Part shown: positions 1-7,411 of the stretch, one piece after another
How positions within the stretch are numbered: position 1 is the first letter of the stretch
Layout: each line of letters opens with the position of its first letter
IMG/VR virus record: IMGVR_UViG_3300042922_000279
Span: 1-48,965 of that record
Length of the DNA stretch: 48,965 bases
Direction: 5' to 3' (one strand)
Source of the DNA: a virus
Lineage: Duplodnaviria > Caudoviricetes
Notes under the pieces: generated by a model
What the model was told of the DNA's origin: nothing
Seen by the model: only the letters and a program-made list of their open reading frames with translations
Database searches by the model: none
Program-made: the position numbers and the translations under genes

Positions 1-127
1 GATGATCCTATTTATATCGTTCTCACCCATAACTTGGATTGCAACTTTATTTGGAATTGAAAGAAGTCTATTTTTAAAATTAATGAGCATTTCGCTCAAA
101 TACATTTCAACATCTGCTGCCGTATGA
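1..127. repeat. Terminal direct repeat, left copy (circular-assembly overlap)
   Basis: 1-127 is identical to 48839-48965; 127 is a common assembler k-mer; terS reads in frame across the junction. Confidence 0.95.
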
Positions 128-393
128 AGTTCTTTTTTCATCTTCCTAAGCTTTAATTTTGAGATCTCTTTTTTGACTCTCTCGTGCTCTGCCTGTTCCT
201 TCTCTTTATCTATTGATGTACCTTGTTTCACTTCCGCATTTATTTTATATTCAATGTACTCCTGAACGCATTTTTCAAGATGATAACCTTTACCATTTTC
301 TGCGAAAAAAAAGAAGCCTTCCTCACGAAGTTGTCTAACCCTTCGACTACTTATTCCAAGCACATTTGATAATACTTTTTGATTTACAATCAT
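1..393 (-). CDS. terS: Terminase small subunit (Nu1-like), 5' part; 188 aa in total, continuing at 48838-48665
   Basis: Not in the ORF track. ATG at 393 with RBS AAGGGTGA; MIVNQKVLSNVLGISSRRVRQLREEG is a Nu1-type winged HTH; open frame to base 1, in frame with ORF 48665..48943; lies directly upstream of GpA-type TerL. Confidence 0.9.
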   Translation of the reverse strand, partial: MIVNQKVLSNVLGISSRRVRQLREEGFFFFAENGKGYHLEKCVQEYIEYKINAEVKQGTSIDKEKEQAEHERVKKEISKLKLRKMKKELHTAADVEMYLSEMLINFKNRLLSIPNKVAIQVMGENDINRII

Positions 394-523
394 ACTCTGG
401 AAATCTCACCCTTTTCATGTTTTGATTTTGACATATTATTACTATTTTTTCACCTCCCCTCTAGGAGCAAAAAGAGGAAGGAAGTACCATAATTTTTTTT
501 TCTATAAAGAGAAAAGGTTTGGG

Positions 524-564
524 CGTTCCCCGCCCCGCATCATTTCCATACCCCGGTAGTACCT
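524..564 (-). other. Putative cos site (cosQ-like AGGTACT plus cosN-like GGGCGGGGAACG)
   Basis: Minus strand reads AGGTACT-N20-CGGGGCGGGGAACG, versus lambda GGGTCCT-N21-CGGGGCGGCGACCT; located just upstream of terS. Confidence 0.6.
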
Positions 565-595
565 TAGCATTTAATCCATACACTTGTTCTAACTA

Positions 596-636
596 AAAGA
601 GCATCGCACTCTTGGGGGTTGAGTACGACGCTCTTT
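596..636 (-). terminator. Intrinsic terminator in the late leader
   Basis: AGAGCGTCGTACTC-aacccccaa-GAGTGCGATGCTCT then TTT on the minus strand; the G-U pairs favour minus. Confidence 0.6.
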
Positions 637-695
637 GTGCGGAGAATATGGAAGTATTGTTGTTGGATTTATCATTGGTTTACTTCTACGATACC

Positions 696-730
696 AATTT
701 AACACAGATGAATGTACTTTTGTGTACTTT
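696..730 (-). promoter_or_regulatory. Putative late promoter with tandem activator sites
   Basis: AAAGTACA direct repeat (730-723, 720-713) followed by extended -10 TGtTAAATT, directly downstream of the RinA/ArpU-like gene. Confidence 0.55.
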
Positions 731-803
731 CTTTTAAATCTTTTTAAGATACATAGTTCATCGTATTTATGTAAGCATAGAGTATTATTTACTGTACTCT
801 TTC

Positions 804-1340
804 TCATTCGTCCATGTCTAATAACTTCTTGTAGTTCTCTAGGATCTTTCTCACCTTCTTAAAGGTAAGAAGCTTCTCTAGTCCTTTATTGTAGTAGTCA
901 TTGCATGGTGTTCTTGTAAGGCTTGCCTCTTTAACTACCTGTCCCCATGATCTACAGTCAATATGTCTAAGCTCTAGGATCATCCTATCTGTCGAGTCCT
1001 CTGGTAAGTAGTCCATGATATCCATGATCTTAAGCATAGCTAATTCCATGTTATCCTTCTGATGTTGAATGCGTTCCTCTATCTCTGCTATCCGGTATGT
1101 AATACTCGCTGCTCCTACCCCAACTACATTAGTCTGAGATCTTGGCATCTGACTGTAACCTCTCCCACCAATTGGTTCATTCAATTCCCAGTTAACTTCT
1201 TTCAGTCTGCGCTCTAGTTGGACCTTTTTAAGCTTGCATCTATAGTACTGGCCAAGATACCTTCGTAAAAGCATCTTATCTTCTTCATGTTGTTTCTCTT
1301 CTGGTATCAGATCTTTCTTCTTTTCTATTGTCATCTCCAT
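804..1340 (-). CDS. Late transcriptional activator, RinA/ArpU-like (sigma region-4-like HTH)
   Basis: Pattern YLGQY...RMILELRHIDCRSWGQV; last gene of the early operon before cos/terS. Confidence 0.75.
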   Translation of the reverse strand: MEMTIEKKKDLIPEEKQHEEDKMLLRRYLGQYYRCKLKKVQLERRLKEVNWELNEPIGGRGYSQMPRSQTNVVGVGAASITYRIAEIEERIQHQKDNMELAMLKIMDIMDYLPEDSTDRMILELRHIDCRSWGQVVKEASLTRTPCNDYYNKGLEKLLTFKKVRKILENYKKLLDMDE

Positions 1341-1346
1341 CTTTAA

Positions 1347-1601
1347 TTACTCCTTCGTGTTGTCATCTATTGCCAAAAAGTAAACTTTACCACCAATCAT
1401 TCTGATCTGCTCTACTGTTCTGTTTTTGTTGTCCCAGTCTTTTATAACAACTCCGCGACGTTTTAGAATATTAATCTGCATTTCTATTGATGCTATAATC
1501 CCCGGTATAGGGAGCGTCATTAGCATGTTTTTGGCAGTCTCGATATCTAAATCATTCTCGAAGTTTTCTACCTTCTTCTTTCTATCCTTTTTCACCTTCA
1601 T
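1347..1601 (-). CDS. Hypothetical phage protein
   Basis: 84 aa ORF with RBS AGAGGT, co-oriented in the operon. Confidence 0.7.
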   Translation of the reverse strand: MKVKKDRKKKVENFENDLDIETAKNMLMTLPIPGIIASIEMQINILKRRGVVIKDWDNKNRTVEQIRMIGGKVYFLAIDDNTKE

Positions 1602-1641
1602 GTGTATCTACCTCTTTCTATAACTGCTGCCATGCAATAAT

Positions 1642-1878
1642 TTACTTATTGATCTTCTCTTTTAGCGCTTCTATGGCCATTTGATTGATGCGATATTCTT
1701 TCGTTAGTTTAACTCTTTCTCCTGCTGTATTCTTTAATCCTTCATTTTCCTCAATGAAAAACTCTATTGCATCGTCTACAGTAACTATCTCTAATCCCTG
1801 TTGTATGTCCGGATTACATGTAGCACACTTATTGGTATGTTCATCACGACATCTTTCGCATCGAGGATATCTACCCAT
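1642..1878 (-). CDS. Small Cys-rich (CxxC...CxxC) hypothetical protein
   Basis: CERC...CATC; start overlaps the upstream stop. Confidence 0.65.
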   Translation of the reverse strand: MGRYPRCERCRDEHTNKCATCNPDIQQGLEIVTVDDAIEFFIEENEGLKNTAGERVKLTKEYRINQMAIEALKEKINK

Positions 1879-1987
1879 AATATTTCACCCGGATGAACAG
1901 AGGAATAAATCCGAATAAGAATATACCCCACGATCTATGACTTACTGTATTACCTACAATTTTACACCATTGTCGTACTACTATCAT
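1871..1987 (-). CDS. 38-aa hypothetical peptide (not in ORF track)
   Basis: RBS AAGGGAG; MIVVRQWCKIVGNTVSHRSWGIFLFGFIPLFIRVKYYG; overlaps both neighbours. Confidence 0.55.
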   Translation of the reverse strand: MIVVRQWCKIVGNTVSHRSWGIFLFGFIPLFIRVKYYG

Positions 1988-2132
1988 TTAATGCTCCCTT
2001 CTTTACTCCACATGCCATACTATTAACTTTATCATCACGTCTACTCTCAACGCATCCGTTTTGACAGTTAATGCACACCTGAGTTCCTTCAGGAATGATT
2101 ACTCCACAACATACACACCGATCCTCACTCAT
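1962..2132 (-). CDS. 56-aa zinc-ribbon peptide (not in ORF track)
   Basis: RBS GAAAGGAAGG; MSEDRCVCCGVIIPEGTQVCINC, a CxxC-x-PEG-CxxC pattern. Confidence 0.65.
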   Translation of the reverse strand: MSEDRCVCCGVIIPEGTQVCINCQNGCVESRRDDKVNSMACGVKKGALNDSSTTMV

Positions 2133-2261
2133 AATACCTTCCTTTCTGATTACTTAGAAGCTCCTGCTGCCTGCCAGTTCAACTCGCTTCGTTTTGACAT
2201 CTATGATCGCTTATTACCATAATTGGTTTGACATCTTCACATACATTATTATTCTTATTTT

Positions 2262-2433
2262 TTTACAAAGTGTAATAAGTATTTTACTTTGTATCGAAAG
2301 TGTATACTTTAATATTTACCCCTGCTGCCATTGAAATTTGATGAACTACATTGATGTCTATAACCCTAATTTTGATGACCTTAATTTACAAAGTCTAATA
2401 AGTATTTTACTTTGTATTTAAAGTCTATACTTT
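2262..2433. repeat. Two copies of a 49-bp imperfect direct repeat (2262-2310, 2385-2433)
   Basis: TTTACAAAGT[G/C]TAATAAGTATTTTACTTTGTAT[CG/TT]AAAGT[G/C]TATACTTT, 45/49 identical, 74-bp spacer. Confidence 0.9.
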
Positions 2434-2532
2434 TAACCTGGCGGCTCAAGAAATGGTTGATAAATCATCCGGTTACCTCCGGTGATTTAGCGACTATAGA
2501 ATGAGCCGCCTAACTCTGGCCTGCTTATATGA

Positions 2533-2727
2533 CTATCTCTTAACCAGATTAAATCTCTTAGCTATCTCTTCAACAGATAGCCTCCCATGTATATTCTCAT
2601 ATTGGATAAGTCTGTTATACTGATTTTTTGTAAGCTCTCGTGTCACCCTTAATCTATCAATCACTAAATGCTCCACTTCTCTTGCTGCTCTTCTCTCTTC
2701 TTCTGATCTATTATCCAATTCTTCCAC
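2533..2727 (-). CDS. Hypothetical protein
   Basis: 64 aa, GTG start, co-oriented. Confidence 0.6.
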   Translation of the reverse strand: MEELDNRSEEERRAAREVEHLVIDRLRVTRELTKNQYNRLIQYENIHGRLSVEEIAKRFNLVKR

Positions 2728-2750
2728 CCTTTCTAATAATCTCCTCTAAA

Positions 2751-3875
2751 TCATTTTACTGAAATACCATTTACTTCAACCTGATTTTCCATTTCAATCA
2801 CCAAGCATTTTTTACCCTCAATGTACATAGTCTTTATCAACTTGGCGCGCTCTGGATCAACCTTTATGCTAACGTTATTGGCTTTTACTTCGTATGCCCT
2901 TGTATTCACAATGTTGTCTACCTGCAGCAAAGTATTTTCTCCGGATAACCCATCAAAAATCTGATCAAAGTCCTTTAACTGATCTATCTCTGTTCCGCTG
3001 TTCTCAAATATCCTTTTAATTGCTATCTTATCCAGCATAAGCGGTTGTGGGATCTCTTTCAGCTTATGTTCTTCCAGCAAGTCATTAAGTCTTTCATGGA
3101 TATTTTGGATGACTTCATATGTGCAATTCTCACCCATTGTTTCTGAGACAATTCTCTGAAATGTTTCTTTCTGACTAATTGCAGTCGTTGGAAGCTGGCA
3201 TTCGAGGCATCCTTCAATAAATTCTCTCTGGTCCTCTTCTGGATCCCTGGTATAATACAGGAGGCCGTTTTCATCCGAACTACGATCATTAAATGCTGGA
3301 AATAGAAATCCATTCTCCGGTGCTGATACTACCCAATCCTGAACACGCTTTTTGATTTGGTTCATCTCCTCGTTATAGCTCAACCCAGGCTTTGATAATT
3401 TGACTGGACATATTGAGCATAGGATGTATTTATAAACCTCCTCAGAAGCATCCTCCAGCTCCTGTTTATCCATCGTCTTTCCCGGAATATCGTAAGCGGT
3501 ATAAATAGCCAGAACAAGATAATTACCTGGGTATGAGTATGTATTAATAATTCTCTGAAAAAGTTCCTCTGCCTGCTCATCTTCTTTCAGTTCTGATGTA
3601 ACTATCTCTAGCAATAAATTCTTTGTGTCACCCGGTTCCCCTGCTGCCATAGGAAAATCAAGATTGATTAAGTTATTTCCTAGGCCTCCTGATAATGTCT
3701 TCTTAAAAATCTCAAGATATTTGAATTGTTCCTCTTCCGGAAGACAAAGGAAGTTCTCATTAAACACTGCTTTGATGTTTTTCTCTCCGTCAACATAACA
3801 TCCTCTGATCCTACTTATTGAGCAATTCTCATACTTTATCTGCTTTTTTATTTCTAATACCTCTGTTTTAATCAT
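2751..3875 (-). CDS. DUF4317-family protein
   Basis: Characteristic RIRGCYVDGEK, EEEQFKYLEIFKKTLSG, YILCSICPV, GFLFPAFNDRSSD. Confidence 0.85.
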   Translation of the reverse strand: MIKTEVLEIKKQIKYENCSISRIRGCYVDGEKNIKAVFNENFLCLPEEEQFKYLEIFKKTLSGGLGNNLINLDFPMAAGEPGDTKNLLLEIVTSELKEDEQAEELFQRIINTYSYPGNYLVLAIYTAYDIPGKTMDKQELEDASEEVYKYILCSICPVKLSKPGLSYNEEMNQIKKRVQDWVVSAPENGFLFPAFNDRSSDENGLLYYTRDPEEDQREFIEGCLECQLPTTAISQKETFQRIVSETMGENCTYEVIQNIHERLNDLLEEHKLKEIPQPLMLDKIAIKRIFENSGTEIDQLKDFDQIFDGLSGENTLLQVDNIVNTRAYEVKANNVSIKVDPERAKLIKTMYIEGKKCLVIEMENQVEVNGISVK

Positions 3876-3926
3876 ACATTTTCCCTTCTGCTTATTAGCC
3901 TTATAGATTATATTTGAGTTTTTTCT

Positions 3927-4196
3927 TTAAACTAAGCTCGCTGCTACTCTTGTTAATTTTTTTGGTATTACGACCGGCTTCTTTGCCGGCTTCACCGATA
4001 ATCTTAATAAATCAAAAAATGAATATCCTTCCTTAAATCCTTTTCTCTCAATCAGTACATGGTTTGGATAAAATCCTAATATCTTAACCTTGACCGGAGA
4101 AGGCTCTGACCTCTCTCCCTCTCTTATCCATAATGTTATCTCTTGCCCAACACTATACTTCCCTGCTATCTCATTCTTTAGCTCTGTGATAGTCAA
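3927..4196 (-). CDS. Hypothetical protein
   Basis: 89 aa, TTG start overlapping the upstream stop. Confidence 0.65.
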   Translation of the reverse strand: MTITELKNEIAGKYSVGQEITLWIREGERSEPSPVKVKILGFYPNHVLIERKGFKEGYSFFDLLRLSVKPAKKPVVIPKKLTRVAASLV

Positions 4197-4846
4197 ATCG
4201 CTTCCTCCTTACTGATCCGCTCAAACGAGATTACCCATACATATGGATTAGCACTCCATCCGTAACGGTCAATATCCTTTTTCTCAACTGTAGAATCCCA
4301 TAGTCTGCTGAACGCTACCTGAGGATAATGTGTCCAGAAGTGATAATCATCCCACCATTTCTCTTCAAATGGCCTATTATCCATTTCATTTGGAGTCCAA
4401 TAAATCGTACTTGAAACACCTTCCATTTCAGCATCTACGCACGTAATATCCTGCAACCGTTCCACTCTCACCCCTGTCACCTTTAGAAATAGCCTTGCTG
4501 CCTCCTTCGGCATATGAATGGATGGGTGCCATGGGTTATAATCATCCTTGAAAACTTGTTTGCAATCGGCTTTATATATGTACCCTCCAAAGTCAATACC
4601 TGAGTAACCATCCATATTCCTTTTATAAGTTTCCCTTACATAGAGAATATCTCCCGATTGGTACCTGCATGGATCTGTAGGTTTGTAATGATCCCCGGTA
4701 GATTGATCTATAAAAGCGATTGGTTTTCCATCTGCTTCACAGTCAAATTTATTTGATATATCTGTATCAACTTTTCGCCTAGTCATAATCTTTTTACCGG
4801 CTAAAATTGCCTTAACCATCTCTGTGTTAAATAGTATTGGCTTCAT
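4193..4846 (-). CDS. ASCH/PUA-like conserved phage protein
   Basis: MKPILFNTEMVKAILAGKKIMTRR...GDILYVRET...WHPSIHMPKEAAR...NPYVWVISF. Confidence 0.8.
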   Translation of the reverse strand: MKPILFNTEMVKAILAGKKIMTRRKVDTDISNKFDCEADGKPIAFIDQSTGDHYKPTDPCRYQSGDILYVRETYKRNMDGYSGIDFGGYIYKADCKQVFKDDYNPWHPSIHMPKEAARLFLKVTGVRVERLQDITCVDAEMEGVSSTIYWTPNEMDNRPFEEKWWDDYHFWTHYPQVAFSRLWDSTVEKKDIDRYGWSANPYVWVISFERISKEEAI

Positions 4847-4861
4847 ACTTCCCTTTCTGCT

Positions 4862-5296
4862 CTAATCCAGAGCTGTAAGTAGAAACTGCTTCTCTTCCAA
4901 TTTCTCATATAGTGTTCGGCCTGCTGCATCCACTATGTAAGGCATGAATATCTCTTCCATCCGAACCATCTCGATATCTAACAATGCCATCTGTGCCTCA
5001 ATCCAATCCTTCAGGATCCTCCATGCTACACGCTCAGCCTGTTCCTTAGTATCCTTTATGGTCCTGGTACCGTTTCTCTTTTCCCTCTTAAGTACCGTTA
5101 AACATTCAGCAACCTTCACCGGCATCTTGATCGGGATCTGATTGTATCCAGTGTCAATCAAGAATGATAATCCGGTAATACTTTCCCCATTAAATTCCTT
5201 CATGATTGACTTAGCTTTGTGTTTCATCAAGATATATTCAATCTCGGATACAGTCTTAAAAGCATCTATCGTAGTTGTGTAATTTAATATTGCCAC
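4862..5296 (-). CDS. Conserved hypothetical phage protein
   Basis: Likely GTG start at 5296 (RBS AAGGGAG); conserved QAERVAWRILKDWIEAQMA. Confidence 0.75.
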   Translation of the reverse strand: MAILNYTTTIDAFKTVSEIEYILMKHKAKSIMKEFNGESITGLSFLIDTGYNQIPIKMPVKVAECLTVLKREKRNGTRTIKDTKEQAERVAWRILKDWIEAQMALLDIEMVRMEEIFMPYIVDAAGRTLYEKLEEKQFLLTALD

Positions 5297-5322
5297 GTTC
5301 CTATAACTCCCTTCTTTGAATA

Positions 5323-5652
5323 TCAACCCAGGGTGACTGTTATTGCCTTTTTAAAAACATACATTGCTAATTCGTCTCGAAAGATTTTTTCATTTTCTTC
5401 CTCATTCAGTTCTTTCATGAACAAATCGTCACCCAGTCTTTCTTCTAAGTCCTCTCTTGTAGTTAACATTTCTTTGTAGAGTGTTAATTCTTGGATTTCA
5501 GCATGTCCGATATTTACCAGATATCCGAATTCATCCGTCCAGCACTCTTCACCGCATAGGAATATTAATGGCAGATCTGGGTTGTTGATTATCATTTCTC
5601 TTACTTGCTTACTATCCGTTAAACACTCTTTTATACCATTATGATCCTTCAT
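5323..5652 (-). CDS. Hypothetical protein
   Basis: 109 aa, RBS GAAAGGA, NPDLPLIF motif. Confidence 0.7.
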   Translation of the reverse strand: MKDHNGIKECLTDSKQVREMIINNPDLPLIFLCGEECWTDEFGYLVNIGHAEIQELTLYKEMLTTREDLEERLGDDLFMKELNEEENEKIFRDELAMYVFKKAITVTLG

Positions 5653-5669
5653 ACATTCCTTTCTGCTTA

Positions 5670-5861
5670 TCAGCCAATCAATAGTTCAACCAGTCTCAGA
5701 TTCTCTTTTTTAAGACGAGTATCCTTTAGTTCAATATATTTCTCTATCAGCTCATCTTTTGAAAGAGTCTCAACACAAGCTTTGGTTAACACCGGATCAA
5801 TATCCAACTCCGCAGCAATAATACAGATTGCTTTAATCAACCTTTCCCTTGCTTCATTCAT
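5670..5861 (-). CDS. Hypothetical protein
   Basis: 63 aa, RBS GGAGG. Confidence 0.65.
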   Translation of the reverse strand: MNEARERLIKAICIIAAELDIDPVLTKACVETLSKDELIEKYIELKDTRLKKENLRLVELLIG

Positions 5862-5882
5862 ATACTTTCCTCCAATCTCATA

Positions 5883-5911
5883 TTGATAAATGCAAACAAA
5901 TGTTCTATAAT
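5883..5911 (+). promoter_or_regulatory. SigA promoter with LexA (Cheo) box in the spacer
   Basis: TTGATA-17-TATAAT; CAAACAAATGTTCT at 5893-5906 is one mismatch from GAAC-N4-GTTC. Confidence 0.75.
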
Positions 5912-5939
5912 CATATCACTATTTTAACGAGGTGATACT

Positions 5940-6221
5940 ATGCCATTTCTTCAGCCGGACCACCGTCCATCCATTAAGCATCCTTCTGGTCACTCTGTTG
6001 AGGTTATTGTCTCTTACAAGAGCACCAGAGATCTTAAACCGCTATATTTTCGCATCGAAGATGATCGTCAGGAGCGGTTTACTTTTATGCTATCAAATGC
6101 AATAAGGCGAAAAGAAGAAAACTATATCATGATCTTCGATTGCTCTTACAATGCCTATGGATTGATCAATAGCATTGTATTGATATTTGATGTTACTCGA
6201 TGCCAGTGGTCGGTTGGTTAA
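5940..6221 (+). CDS. SOS-regulated small beta-rich protein, oriented against the lytic operon
   Basis: Own promoter and RBS GAGGTG; VEVIVSY...KPLYFRIED...FDC...CQW pattern resembles clostridial proteins encoded beside Y-family polymerases (from memory). Confidence 0.75.
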   Translation: MPFLQPDHRPSIKHPSGHSVEVIVSYKSTRDLKPLYFRIEDDRQERFTFMLSNAIRRKEENYIMIFDCSYNAYGLINSIVLIFDVTRCQWSVG

Positions 6222-6748
6222 TCCTGCTGCCGGCTGGCATCCATAAACTTCTCTAGCCCATCATCCGTAATGAATTGCTCCGGTATTCCAAATTGAATGA
6301 GTAACTTTGCATACTCCAATCTCTGTTCTCCTAGCTTTGATGCCCACTTGAGCGCTTCTCTATGCCAGTAATCCTCATCTTTTTTAAGCTGTTCTACCTC
6401 TTCCGGAGATAAACCTGTATCCTCATAAGGCTTTAACCATGATCTAAGATCACCCATTGCCCATAAAGCCTGATAATACATTGCTAATACTCCATACAAT
6501 GTATTTGTTCCGAATTGAAGATTGTCTGTCATAATTTCATCGAAGTCTTCTTCATTTGCTGAAAGCAGATCGTCTTCTATGTTATGTTTAGTAGCTATTT
6601 CTTTGATTAAATCGATGATGGATATCTCCCTCTCAAAATCTCTGTACCATGCCCAACCATCCTTGGCAAATACTTGATTATGAGCCAATTCAAACATACC
6701 CATCTTTTTAACATCTTCCTTTGTAAGTCTATTTTCTAATGTCTTCAT
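6218..6748 (-). CDS. Hypothetical phage protein
   Basis: Likely start MKTLENRLT (RBS AAGGGAG); contains the common phage LKPYEDTGLSPEEV motif. Confidence 0.75.
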   Translation of the reverse strand: MKTLENRLTKEDVKKMGMFELAHNQVFAKDGWAWYRDFEREISIIDLIKEIATKHNIEDDLLSANEEDFDEIMTDNLQFGTNTLYGVLAMYYQALWAMGDLRSWLKPYEDTGLSPEEVEQLKKDEDYWHREALKWASKLGEQRLEYAKLLIQFGIPEQFITDDGLEKFMDASRQQD

Positions 6749-6926
6749 CCTTACTCCCTTCTCGCATTTGCTTACATAATTCCTCATTTCTGCATATGCT
6801 GCATATTCCACTGCATTTTCTTAATACTTTCCTGAGTCTCCTATGGTATTCTCTTGTTCTATGGTCGCAAAATGTTAAGCATTTTGTACATGGTTTCTGT
6901 GTTTTGTAACAGATGATGTCTCTCAT
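6729..6926 (-). CDS. Small Cys-rich hypothetical protein
   Basis: 65 aa, 8 Cys, RBS GAAGGAG preceded by an 8-bp GC-rich hairpin. Confidence 0.55.
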   Translation of the reverse strand: MRDIICYKTQKPCTKCLTFCDHRTREYHRRLRKVLRKCSGICSICRNEELCKQMREGSKDEDIRK

Positions 6927-7008
6927 AAAACTCCTTCCCCCCGGAGGATTATCCCTCCGGGAAGTGCTATGACATGGCCATTTAAAATTGTGATATGTTA
7001 AATGACAA

Positions 7009-7398
7009 CTATGAACCTAAATTCTTTTTGCCTTTCGCAGCAAGTGCTAGAGCATCTTCTCCGATATCATCCTGCTTCTCTTCCTGTCGTTTCATGCATT
7101 TCTCCAATGCCTTGGCCTTATCGTATCCAATCTGATCCGCTATCTTATTACTAATTTTCCTACATCTGTCTGCATGGATCTCATACCTCGCTACTGCTAC
7201 CGGATGCATTTCATTATCCGCTATAAATTCCTCTAATTGCTTCGCATAATCATCCATGGCATTGCAGATAATCTGCAGGTCACCTATACAGCTTTTGATC
7301 ACCTGTTCTTTTAAGTGTTTCATTTCAATGTAGCTGAGTTCTACACTCTTGTCTTTGTCCGGATCCTCTTCTATCAGTCCCATGAAGAAGAAAAACAT
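7009..7398 (-). CDS. Hypothetical helical protein
   Basis: Likely start at 7398 (RBS GAAGGA). Confidence 0.65.
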   Translation of the reverse strand: MFFFFMGLIEEDPDKDKSVELSYIEMKHLKEQVIKSCIGDLQIICNAMDDYAKQLEEFIADNEMHPVAVARYEIHADRCRKISNKIADQIGYDKAKALEKCMKRQEEKQDDIGEDALALAAKGKKNLGS

Positions 7399-7411
7399 TG
7401 CAGATCTTCCT

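Noticed and set aside
589-862. ORFs 589..807 and 635..862
   Set aside because: They overlap the late promoter and terminator and have no recognisable motif; probably non-coding
2262-2433. Mini CRISPR array
   Set aside because: Only two units, 49-bp repeat and 74-bp spacer, no cas genes, no resemblance to repeat families I recognise
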